A stretch of DNA of 64,000 nucleotides from Phoronis australis (Eukaryota; Animalia; Phoronida): the NCBI GenBank assembly GCA_002633005.1, contig NMRA01000516.1:72184-136183 (forward strand). The letters are read 5' to 3'. Position numbers and translations under genes: made by a program. Positions 52,082 to 64,000 of this stretch are shown in pieces (position 1 is the first letter of the stretch; every line of letters begins with the position of its first letter). The notes under the pieces were generated by a model. That model did no database searches. It saw nothing but the letters and a program-made list of their open reading frames with translations, and had not been told where the DNA came from.

Positions 52082-55000
52082 CTAAACAACTTGTTAGTGA
52101 ATTTCTAACAAGCACGTGGTGGTTATTTAGAACTGCATGCAGGTTCTTGAGCTTATGCACATGCATCTGACCTGGCTGGCCTGTCAGGTACCGCCTTGCT
52201 GTAACTTCATATCCACCGAAGCCACCTTCTTTACATCTCGACAGGTCTGTTGGTGGAACCTTGTCTTCCACAACTGAGCTAGTGTTTAATGAGAGACCAA
52301 CAACTTCTGCTACACCACCAGATTCTTCCGAAATGGCACCAATGGCTAGTGTACCAACACTATCAAATTCTGGTTCATGCTTAATGAACTTTTCACAGGT
52401 TTTGCCCATTTTGCTAGGTGGTTGGATAGGTGATTGTGTCTCGGGGTCGAAATGAAGGCCAACATCTCGGGTTGGTATGGTATCGTGTTCAGGATCTTGT
52501 GAGCAGGTCATCTCTTCATCAAGTGCACCTTTACTATTCTCATCTACTTTCTCAACAGATTCTTTTCTAACTTCCACGTAAGTACAAAGTGAAGACCCAG
52601 CTCTCTTAAGGTCCCCATTCTCCTCGAAAGTTTTTGATTTGACATGTTCATTAATACTTGGTGCTTGGGGTTCTGGTATTTGATGGGAACTGCTCTTGGA
52701 GGAAGTGAGCAAACTTTCACGTTTAAGTTCATTTTCAGGGTCCTTCTCATTTAGTGCCTGAATCCACTTTGTACATGGCTGTTCTTCTACATAACCAATT
52801 GTCACTGTGATTTCCTGAACCTCTTCCTTCTGACTTGTTGCTCTTTCAACTTTTCCTTCCAGTATCATGTTGTCTGACAATAAAGGATCTCTGAGGTCAT
52901 GACCTGAGCAATTGATTTCAACATCTTTCTTACTTGCATTGTCATTATCAACAACTTGCCTGGAATCAAACTTAACCGGTACAATTTTCATATTGTGTAC
53001 ACTGCCTTCAGGAACATCGCTGGAACTTGTCTTACTTTTTTCCATTCTGTCACTTCTGCTGCAATCAAGAGTATGTGCCCCAATTGCACTGTTACTGATT
53101 AGCACAATGTCTTTTTTGTCAATCTTCGGATGCTTTGGTTTATCACTTCCAGATGGCGCTATCTTCTTCAAACCTTTAAACGCCATTTTTGTGAGCCTAG
53201 AGAACGTATGGGACTTCTGCAAACTTCCCAGTTTTTCTTTCTTGAAACTAGTTTGAGTTTTGCCATACTGTTTTGTTTCACAGTCTTCAGGAATATCGTT
53301 TTGTTCATTTCCTTTCACATGAGACTTTTTGTCCACCTGAGTGACACTGGTGCTTTCAGTTACACCTCCTTTCTTTGAGGTCTTTTCCGACATATTTTGT
53401 AACCCTTTTTTATCTGCTTGTTTAGAATGAATCCGGCTGTGTTTTAAATTCTCAGCTTTAGAAAACATCTTTGGCATTCCACTAGCCTTGCTAGAGTTAG
53501 GTTTCCTAGCAACTGACAAAGGCTCAACACTTCGATTTACTTCATTACTAGAAGCATCTAAGTCGAGATTGTTTGAGCTTTCCTGGTTAGTACATGCTGG
53601 CACTGAAAGAGAACTGAACTTTCTATTGGAAAGAAATTTTTGTATGCCACTTTGTATGTTACTGTCCTTTTTATTTCCACTTTTCTCGCTACCAATAGAT
53701 TTAATGCCAGACTCTTTCTTTTTTCTGTTAAACAATGGTAAAGTGTTCAACTTCTGATCCTTCTTGGAATAAATTGGAAGTGAATCTGCTGGACGTTCAG
53801 TCGCAATTATTTGAGGACAAGCATCAAATGAAACATGTTTTGGCCGGTTTCGTGAATTCTCTTCTACCTCAACTTTGGAATCAATGACATCAACAACTGA
53901 TGTTGGTGATGACACATCGTCAGTGTCACTGTACAATTCCATTCCTTTTGATGTATTTTCTTTAGAAATCAAACATTCTTCCTTAGAACTTTCATTAATC
54001 AATGTGGAAGAAGTGTCATAGGAATTAGATATTTCTGAACCATTGCAGTGTCTGGGTTTTTGGCAAATGTCGTTTTTGTTGAGCACAGGAACTTTTGTAG
54101 CCGATACTCTTGGTCTGGTTAATTGTTTCATCTGACTAAATGATTGATCTTTTACAATCACTTTACTTTTGTTGGTAACCTTATTGCATGGATTAGCAAT
54201 GCCAGACCCACTTTGCACTGATCTTGTTTTGCCTTGCTTCTTACTGGTGCTCACAGGTGGTTCACATTCGCTTGCTACAGATTTAGTAGAATAAGTATTT
54301 GACAGTCTCAAGGGCTTATTGGCAATTTGCCTATACAGACTGGAATCAATTTCTTTAGAGATGACTGGATCTTTATGACTTCTCATCATACTTCTACCAG
54401 GTTGTGATGGCGTATTGACATCACCTGTAGGCATCTTACGACTAAAGCTTAGCATCGGCAGTGATCTGTAAATAGAATCTAAAGGCCGTGTTTCTGTTGA
54501 TTTATTCAACTGAACATCTTTTTCAGGCTTCGCACGAAGGCCATTTTTGTGGGAACTGGCATAGGTGGATACATTTGAAGTATTCCTGCTCGGTCTAATT
54601 CGAGAACTGTCAGATAATTTACATTTCTCCTGTCTGTCTATCAAAATGGATTCCTTGAATCTAGGTGCCGTCATCTCCATGTAATCTTTGTCAAGGGAGT
54701 CAAGAGAGGAAGTACCTCTTGCAACAGGTGAATGCCATTTGAACTCTTCCACGCAAGAGTTGTATATGTTGATTTGTTTTTCATCAAACTCAACATAGTC
54801 ACTGCTACTCTCCTGGTAACTTTCTGTAACAGCCGATGGCAAGCCACATACGCCATACAAACTACTATGGGGGCTGCAGACGAAAGTTGTGTTTAAGGAT
54901 TCTTCAGATGAGCATGGAACTTCATCTTTTCTCTTTTGCTGTTGACGTTTGAGCTCTAGGCGAGACAATAATCTTTGTGATGGGGCACGTATCACTGGAC

Positions 55001-56392
55001 TCCTATCCTGGAACATTAAATGGTCAGCCAAGATAGAAGAGTTGTCTACCTTATAAAAACCTTCTTCAACAGAAGTTTGTGAGCTCGTTCTCCCCAGTGT
55101 TGCTTCCCATGATNTCTGTTTATCAAAATGGATTCCTTGAATCTAGGTGCCGTCATCTCCATGTAATCTTTGTCAAGGGAGTCAAGAGAGGAAGTACCTC
55201 TTGCAACAGGTGAATGCCATTTGAACTCTTCCACGCAAGAGTTGTATGTGTTGATTTGTTTTTCATCAAACTCAACATAGTCACTGCTACTCTCCTGGTA
55301 ACTTTCTGTAACAGCCGATGGCAAGCCACATACGCCATACAAACTACTATGGGGGCTGCAGACGAAAGTTGTGTTTAAGGATTCTTCAGATGAGCATGGA
55401 ACTTCATCTTTTCTCTTTTGCTGTTGACGTTTGAGCTCTAGGCGAGACAATAATCTTTGTGATGGGGCACGTATCACTGGACTCCTATCCTGGAACATTA
55501 AATGGTCAGCCAAGATAGAAGAGTTGTCTACCTTATAAAAACCTTCTTCAACAGAAGTTTGTGAGCTCGTTCTCCCCAGTGTTGCTTCCCATGATGCATC
55601 ACCAGCTTTGCTGTCAGCATGTGAAGTCTGATTTTCTCTTAGTTGTTGTGCACTGTCAAAGCCTTTGCTTAAATTATCAGATGTAGTCATTTTCTTGATA
55701 GAACCATAAAAAGTTGCCAATGGTGCTGGGTGACTCTCTTCATTGCCAACTTGAGGGGCAACACTCTCCGATTTCAAGCATAAATTCTCACTACGTAGAT
55801 GACTTTTGTTTGCAGTACAAGTCGAGTGCATACCGTGTAAAGCACTTCTCTTTGACAACACTGATGGACAGTGGACATCTTCACTTTCAGGAACAGTGAC
55901 ATCACAAATTCTACTGCCCGTACTGCCAAGAGATAACTTATTAAAACTAGTATTCCCTACCACTAAACACGACTCACTGGATGCTTCGACAGGGTTAGTT
56001 TTTACACTTTGTGAATTATATTTAGTGAACCCAGCTTCCTTCCTATAAGATCGTAAGCCAGGTATTGAAGAAACAGGTTTAGTGCCATGGGAATTTTTTT
56101 TGTTACAACCTGCGCCTAAGTTGTAGTTCTTACTTATGGGGAGATGACTTACTTTTGAAGTTGATTTAGACTGACCTTCATGGGAAGACATAGTTTGTCC
56201 ACTATTAGACTGTATAGATACGCTTAAGCTCCTTGAAGTAACGCTTACAGATTGGTTGGAAAATTTGAAAGTCTTGAAGCCACCATCATCGTCATCACTC
56301 CAGGTTTCCAAGACTGCTGTCATAGGACGCACATTTTCATTACACAAATTCTTTTTCCTAGCTTCTTTTTTCTTGGTTCTGTGCTTGAACAT
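52082..56392 (-). CDS. Giant Ser/Lys-rich, probably disordered coding exon (~1276 codons after removing the 482-nt artefact), starting MFKHRTKKK; candidate alternative N-terminal exon of the SRCIN1-like gene
   Basis: ORFs 52032-55031 and 55046-56524 fuse into one frame when the duplication at N55114 is collapsed. Acceptor tttttcctAG at 56395-56396 just before the ATG. Phase-1 donor TAG|GTAATG at 52080-52081. Coding status is strong; linkage to the SRCIN1-like gene is inferred. Confidence 0.8.
54633..55595. other. 481-bp duplication around the single N at 55114; probable assembly overlap that splits the giant exon
   Basis: 54633-55113 vs 55115-55595 are identical except for about 2 SNPs. Collapsing them restores one ORF. 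Confidence 0.9.
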
Positions 56393-57062
56393 TTCTAGGA
56401 AAAAGCAGCAAAATATTAGTTTTAAAAGAAGTATCTTTCTTCGGTTGTAACTATTAACACCCACATAAACAAACACAAGACACACACACACGTCACAGGT
56501 CTTGTACCATTGAAAAAATTTCATTCTACCTCACTCAGTTGAGGATACACATGAAAACACACAGTACTGATGTCATAATCATTGCACGCTTTTCATTCAA
56601 TTACACTTGAGGATACAACCAGATGCACACAATACTAATCTCTATTTTTTCTGCAGCAACAATTCACACCCACACAAGATGTATATGGCACTGGTCCAAC
56701 ATCACTGAAAGTTTTTCAATCTACCTTACTTTAAAATACACACTAACAACACATGACACTTTCGTTATATCATTGTCAGTCTTTCATTCTATCTCACTTG
56801 AGGATAATACTCGAGTCAAAATTCTTATCCAACATATTACCATGTTTTCTGTAGCCTCTGTATGACCACATTCAAACTGCATTTCAGCCATCATCCTGTG
56901 CCAACACCCAATATTGCAAGCCTTAACGTCCACCATTTCCAATCACAACATAACACAGATCTCTCAAACTGCCTGTTCAAAAAGTGCCAAAGAAAGTACT
57001 AGGCATACTTGGGAATGACTCGAAGGAAGAAGTGGACAAAGTCTGCCCCTGTCCTCCAGCCA

Positions 57063-57965
57063 TTAGAGCAACGCAGAGCGTTGAAATGTGTCCATGAATG
57101 CACCGCAAACTGTTAGTGTGCTTCTAGGGTGCTAAATATTTGTATCTTAAAAATGGCTACTAGATGGTGCAAAATATGTTGAATCCATACAAAAACAGAA
57201 TTGTCATGGTTTTTTTAATAGAAAGCTATTTACCAAATTTCATAAAAATCCATCAAGGAAAATGGAAAAAATGGAATTGCCACTAGGTGGCACAGTATTC
57301 GTCAGATCCATCTGAAAGTCGTCATCTGTTGTCAACTTCATATAAATACACATAATAAATTTAAGAAAGATCCTGCAGTGGGTTTAGGAGCTGCTATGGA
57401 AGCAAAAAATGCCAACAGGTGCCACCACAGTTGCGGAAGACATCGGAAAATCAACCGTTCTGTTCACACTAAGAATGTATATGCCAGTTTTCACAATCTA
57501 ATCTTTAGTGGTTTGGTTCACAGACGGGCGTCATTTCACTAATGCCTATCTGCCAAATTTTATGAAAATCCGTTAAGATCATCTTTTAATCAGGTAAAGG
57601 TAAAAACTAAAATTGCCACAAGGGGCCACTCCGATAGTCCCATCCATCTGAAAATCATCGTCATCCGTTGTGAACTTCATTACTCGCTAAATTTAATAAA
57701 TATCCCGCAGAGTGTTTACGAGATACAGCCTCTAGGATGTGCCATAGTAGTCGATGTCATCAGAAAATCATCGTTAGCAGCCCTCTTCGTAGTAAGAACA
57801 TACATGATAATTTTCACAATCATCCTTAGAGCGGTTTGGTTGATAGAGCAGTAGACGCCAAAAACAGACTTGAAAACAGTAAAAATGGCCACTAAGGTAG
57901 TGCAAATACGTCATATCCATCCGAAAACGGCAGGAAAGCATGATCTCATTAATAGATCCCCAATA
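57063..57965 (-). mobile_element. Helentron/HINE-like family A, partial copy
   Basis: AGAGCAACGCAGAGCGTTG hairpin and internal blocks colinear with 2205-3390. Confidence 0.7.
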
Positions 57966-60900
57966 CCGAATGTGTAAATCCGCCATCTTAAATTTGCCGC
58001 CGCAGTTGCATTATGGGAAATGTATATCTTTATCGCTTGACAACCGATTGTGTACATGTAGTGTTGCCGGGTGTTGTAACAAATGTTCAGCCCAGAAGTG
58101 GTCAATAAAGTTAGTTTATTTGAATTCTTATCCAAAAATTAATATTAAACGAATAACTAGTGCAGAAAGCATGCAACTATATTTTATTATAGAAATGTTT
58201 TGCAAATGAATAAAGTCAACGTTGCCGCACCCCAGCTCCGTCGACTCTGACTCCAGGGCCCAGTCTGCAACCTCCGTCAGGCTCATGCTCATAACTCGAG
58301 ATTTCACACACAAAATCGTGCTCACTGGAGTCGCAGGCCTACTCAAAAAAGGGTATTTAATGTCACATTTCGAGTAGACTCCAAACGCGTTGCTATGGAA
58401 ATCTTCAGTTATGATGTCAAATGCAAAACCACAAAAAGTCGCACTGATTCAGCACTCACTATATTCGCATCGACTACCCTAGCAACTATGTTATCATCAG
58501 CTCTCGCAACAACTACAGGAGTATAACGTGGAATGCTGAGTGTTCTGTAACTGTTCAATACAAATATTCTCCTACCATTTCTTGATACATTTGCCAATTA
58601 TTAAGCTTTACTTCTTGAGTTCCTTATCTCCCGCCGGAAAGTGTCTCGAGAAATTTGAAACAGCTTATCAAAGAAAGTCAGTCGGCAGGAGCGGAGCAGC
58701 GAAAATCTCAGTGTACCTAATTTAGTCAGGGGTCATTCTCCCCGGCCTACATTTGACTCATTACTCCTAAAATTGGCATGGTCACACCAACGATTGACGG
58801 CATATTGAAATTATCTTTTTAATTAACGCAGTGGTGGGCCAGTGACCCCAATATGGGGAGTCGGGTACCATATCACAGGCCTGCAACAAACATTTTTAAG
58901 GGAGAGTTCGAATTGCACATTTTCTTTGATGGGAGGTCGAATTTCAAAAGTTTGTACCTTAATTGCCAGCGGTGGTGTTCTTTTCTAATGAACCGGTTGT
59001 CCACGTCAGCCCGAAACTCCGAGTCGACATTTGGGCCGCAGTTGTTTGGTTACTCAGGTCAACCCCTGTTCTCTCTTGCATAGAACCCATTGCCGTGTAG
59101 GCCTATGCTGATGTCAAAACTTTGATACTGTATCTTTGCATTTTACCGTGATGTATCAAGTTAGCTGACATTTGGCGCGAGTTAAAAACACTACATGTAG
59201 TACACTGTAGGCAGGCATTCAGAGTTCATCAGTGAACGGGACGAGATCATTCGGGGATCGAGGAATTATCGATGACTAAACTATTATGTGAAATCTGACA
59301 GGGAAGCAAATGTTTTCATTAACTTTCCTTAGGAAACAGGACAAACCGTTGCACACACACTTCAATCACGACGATCCCCGCCCCACAGCTGCTTTTGACC
59401 CTTGTAATGACTCTTGGGATTAGCATTCGCCAGTTGCCAGGAATCGTAGTAGGACTTTAAAAATTGGCGGCAATGAAGTGCGGTGAGTATGAAGTTGTGA
59501 GTCTGAGTATGATTAGAGTCCGAGTACGGAGATTGGAGACCAGGGCCAGGTAAACTATAAGCACATGTCTTGGATTGGACAAATTTTGAAATTATAATTT
59601 TAATAAGATACTGAGAATTTATCTAAATGAAATGCTCTTGAATATGGTAAAATGAACCCTAAATCTCTGACCCTTGCTGTTAGTAAATGGGCATTCTATG
59701 CCAGAAACATGTTACAAATACTGTTGTTCTCAACTGAAGGTGAGGCTACACCAGTGCGCCATGACTCATTGTAATAAATGTAATCAGTTTATATGGATTT
59801 CGTATATGAATATGTTTTCACGAGTGTAGCCCATCAAACAACTAAAAATCATTGTGACCCAAAATTGGAAAATGAAATTTATCCCAATCGTAACATCTGG
59901 AATAGAACTGTTAATTATATTACAGTTTTGAATTGCTAAATATTTTACTGTCTGCAAATCTGGCACCGATTCCTCTGTGACTACAATATCAAATATTGTT
60001 ATTATTTAACTATTTTCAGGAGATGTTACAAATTCAATGCACAGTTACCATTGTTTTCATCTTTGTTATCTCTTTCCAAGTAATAAATCGTTACATTTAA
60101 AACTGTTTCTTTCACTAGAGAAAAGTTGCAACCACGTTAGTACATACATATAGGATATGATCCGCCACGTGAACAGTCTGAGTAAAGTATTTAAAAAAAT
60201 CTGCCCAAAAATGAAAGAAACTTAGGAATTCGAACCATATGGGATAATACAAAACGTACCTCGATTGGCGGAGATGAAGACATATCCCACTCGACATCAT
60301 TAAGCGTATAATGTCTCGTGGGATATTACTTCATCTATGCCATTCTCGGTACGTTTTGTATATATATAGAGAATCCTACACTCATCTCAGGTTCATGACA
60401 TGGGCAGAACCTCTTGGAAATTTCGTCAAAATCCCGAGGCTTGACATGCATTCCACGATTGTGTAGTGCAGTCTTATGTCACTTTCAGGAAGCAGGCCTC
60501 TGAAATTTAGTTATTTATAGCAAATGTCCTTTCCTGAACCCACAAATGGCACCTGATACGAGTATGGAACAAGTAGACAATAGTTTTACAATCTGGCAAG
60601 TGAACAATTTGTTATTGAGAGAAAGCATTAAGTGAACAAGGTTGTACTCTTACAGAAAGTATTAAATGAACAAGGTTGTAATCGACACTTTAACGTCTTA
60701 AACTGCTTTTCAACAGCCTGAATTGCATTATTTCTAATAAATAAAAATTTGAGAATATGAATGGTATAGTACTGACTAATTAGAGGTACTAGTGGTGAAC
60801 GAAGGTTAACTGCAGATGAAACATCAGCAGGTTCTTATGCCATGCCCTTGCACTGTGTCATCCAACAGCCTCATAATCATATTTCGTGAATGACTTGTTC

Positions 60901-61061
60901 ATAATGAGTGATTCACAAACAGAGCCCAATGACCACAGTAAGTTCTTTATTACGACCATCTAAGAATTCTGACCAATTCACAAAATCATTAAGTTCATTC
61001 ATGACAATTTGCAACACTGATGGTGAAACTAATAATTTGAATTACAGCATATACATGAATC

Positions 61062-61598
61062 CTGAAGTGTGTTCAATAGAGTGAGCACCCGCGAGCGATT
61101 TGAGCACCCTCGTCCTGAACAGCTGTGTTTACGTTAGCGCTCGCGAGCGCTCGCAAACAAACTCGAGAGCATGTTCGCTTAGATTTCCAAGATGGCGTCC
61201 TGCGAAGGCTTCACGTCAGCAACATACGAACCCATTATGGTTCTGCAACATGAAAACTAACATCAAAAGTTGACCGACTTAACCAAAAGTGCGACTTAAA
61301 TTGCGGGTCGCTGTAGCGAGGAACAGTTTCCTCGACGTAATTTTCCATTCTTGTCGTTCCAAAGCCTTCACGGCTGTTGTCTTGGGCTGCGGATATTAAT
61401 ATTGGCAAAGATTAATCATATTTATCACTCAGTACGCCATAGGAAGGACTGTTAGCTCATTGGCTAAGACGTTCAACACAATCTGCTTCAGAGTCGCCAT
61501 ACTGGATCGCACAGTGAGTGCTCACAGCAGTTCAGGAGCTGTTCCATGAGTTCGCGAGTACACGCTAGCGGGTGGTCAATCTGTTGAACACCCTTCTG
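61062..61598. mobile_element. MITE with ~35-bp imperfect TIR (GAAGTGTGTTCAATAGAGTGAGCACCCGCGAGCG)
   Basis: Reverse-complement match at 61563-61596 and a CpG-rich interior. TSD not resolved. Confidence 0.65.
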
Positions 61599-62252
61599 GT
61601 TTCAACATGTTAATCAAAAGCTAACATGGTGGAATTTCCAAGTTCCACTTTCCAGTTTCAAGGATGCACATTCTAGAGCGAAATTCACCACTGCGGCACA
61701 AGTAGTTGACAATGACATCACCATTTGATTTGCGACATTTGTAGCTATGGACTACTGCCCTATTAAATTCAGTTGGGATTGTACAAACTGGTGTCTTCAT
61801 CATGGCTGAAAACATACAAAATAACAGCAGTAAAACAAGTGTCACAAATTACCCACACATAACTAAAAAGATACAAAAGGCATAATGCAGCTAAAACCAC
61901 TTACAGTTTCCAAAAATGTTGCTAGATTTTGAGGATTATAGTAATTACACAAGAAAAGATGTAAAGTACAATTCAGTTNATCAGTTGGTGCAAGCCCAAT
62001 CTCAATAGGCAACTGACACACCACAGGTTGTCATTGTTGGTATAGTTCATTGTCACTCCCTGTAACTGACTGTATCTGTGCTTCATTACTTGTTGCTGGG
62101 CCTAGCTAGGTGGCCACTGTATTATGACTTCTGAGGATGGTGTTTAATAAATGACACCGAAACATGTCAAGTTTTAAATCCGTTGTTGTTTTCGTGAACA
62201 TATGCTGTTACTTGCTATCATGGAGATAGTGTAATTAGGTTTTGAAAAACAG

Positions 62253-63110
62253 AACAAGAGCAATGCAGAGCATTGCAATGTGCTCACGACAGCACCGCAA
62301 ACGGTGTGCTTCTATGATATTTTTATTATCACAAAATGCCCATTAGATGGTACAAAACTAATGAAATCTATCCCAACTGAGGAGGCGCCATCTCAGTACT
62401 AAACAAATTTGATGAAAACAAGCCAAAGAACTTCCAATATTTAGAGGTAAACTTAAACAAACAATTAACTCTAAGAGGCATAGCTATCAAACTTATCGTC
62501 ATCAGTTACCATGTCTATAGGAGCCCATCTGCAAAATTTCGCAAAGGATTCCTTCAAAGAGTTAAGAAGATACAGCCGTAGATGCAAAAATGCAAAGTTG
62601 ACCCTAGGGGGTTCCAAAATAGTGCAAAACATCTGAAAATCAATGTCAGTTGGGGTCTTCATATCATCTATGTACTGTCTAAAACCCACATATAATGCAT
62701 TTCGATTTCTGGGTTTGTCATTACTTTCCTTGTATGTTACGTGTATTCTTCAATAAATATATATCACCTTAAAAACATAAAAAATTGCCATCAGGGGGCA
62801 CAGATGTATTTTGATCAGTTCGACACTTGTTACAATTTGTCGTCTCCTCCATAGGAACATATCTTTCAAATTCCACAAAGCTCCTTCAAATGGTTAAAAA
62901 ATCGGCAATAGGAAGCGTCACACAGTACTCAGACCTGTCTAAAAGTCAACGTCAGTTGATACCTTATCAGGAACACATGTGTAAATTTTTTTAATGACCC
63001 TTTAAGAGGCATGGCAGATAGGGAAGCAGATGTCAGAAAACTGATATAAAAATAACATAAGTGGCCACCGGCGACACAGAAAAGGCCAAATCTTTCCAAA
63101 AAAGGGAAGT
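62253..63110 (-). mobile_element. Diverged HINE-like family A-related copy
   Basis: AACAAGAGCAATGCAGAGCATTGC hairpin and degenerate internal subrepeats. Confidence 0.55.
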
Positions 63111-63139
63111 CATTGTCCTCTCCTTTGTGGAACGCCCTA

Positions 63140-63400
63140 AAAGCGTGTCGAACGTGTAAAACGTGGCGTGTCAAACGAGTAAAATGTTGCGTGTCAAACG
63201 TGTCAAAAGCGTGTAATTTTCGTTCCAATACTCCATGTTTGACACGCTTATCATGTCAAACGTGGCGATAAGCGTGTAAAACGTGGCAATAGCGTGTTGA
63301 ACGTGGCGTGAAGCGTGTCGAACGTGGCGTGCCAAAACGTGGCAAAAACGTGGCACTTTTGACACCCTAGTGTGTCAAACATGGCGCTTTTGACAGGCTA
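63140..63400. repeat. Degenerate AACGTG/GCGTGTC short-period repeat
   Basis: Dense reiteration of aaacgtgg/gcgtgtc words. Confidence 0.75.
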
Positions 63401-64000
63401 GCCTGTAATCTGTGTCATTGCCATGGTAGTGACCCCACATTTAGCCTGAGGCCGTGTACAAGCCATAATGTTCTTGTTTATAGCAGCTCACCATCCACCA
63501 TGGGAATCCATACTGAACGCAAATGTATAAAGGGATTTCTTCTTTAAGCCACAGTTTATTGTTACTGTTGATGTAAATAATCCAAAATGTGATAATGATA
63601 TAGAATCATTAAAAGGATAATGTAACTATCCAACTCTTACCACATACTGTTGTCACTAAATTTCATTACATCTAGAATAACATTAACACAGAAACGAGAG
63701 CGCTCGGAGGAGCGACACTTGGCGGAATTAATCGAAAAGACGACGAACACGATATCATTCATATGACTAGCGAAGAAATCAAATTGAGAGCATACAATCA
63801 ACTATAATAAAGAATGAAAGCCCGTTCAAAACTCTATCTAAAATGGTAGTTTGGCAAACACGATAACATTCATGTGACTAGCGAAGAAATCAAATAGAGA
63901 GCATACAATCAAGTACAATAAAGAACAATAGATGGCGCAACATGACGGTCCAGTCTGCAGTAGGACAGTGCTGGCTGGGTCAGTCTGGGTCAACTAGGCA

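Noticed and set aside
52261-56450. Plus-strand ORFs of 60-114 aa overlapping the giant exon
   Set aside because: Antisense shadows of the real coding frame.
56395-56524. N-terminal extension MKFFQWYK... of the 492-aa ORF
   Set aside because: Lies upstream of a clear polypyrimidine/AG acceptor and is probably intron read in frame.
61621-61845. 74-aa ORF resembling a signal peptide plus a Sushi/CCP-like end (C..G.W....P.C)
   Set aside because: Non-ATG start, no clear splice sites and weak cysteine spacing; cannot be supported without a profile search.

Overview
AT-rich metazoan (probably marine invertebrate) genomic DNA, not prokaryotic. The window is mostly the 5' part of one minus-strand gene of the SRCIN1 (p140Cap)/KIAA1217 (sickle tail)/Drosophila CG32809 family. 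I rebuilt eight phase-compatible GT-AG coding exons by hand (13479 down to 9), covering the RRHT and 'RDAF..HL.QKYP.HA' motifs, the AIP3-like domain and coiled coils. There is also a candidate 42-nt microexon and two candidate alternative N-termini: a short MGN- exon at 30.5 kb and a ~3.8-kb exon at 52.1-56.4 kb. The large exon is split by an assembly artefact (a 481-bp overlap duplicated around a single N); a second such artefact lies at 23.6-25.2 kb. The introns carry many non-autonomous DNA transposons (Kolobok-like with TTAA, TA-flanked Tc1/mariner-pogo-like, Helentron/HINE-like), a tRNA-derived SINE and many minisatellites. Notable points: an 8-copy tandem array of an exon end plus its splice donor, repeated insertion of TEs into minisatellites, a HIRAN-like remnant inside a TIR element, and a three-unit Helentron concatemer. 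Family assignments come from remembered motifs, not database searches. I see no clearly new biological system, only candidates worth testing.
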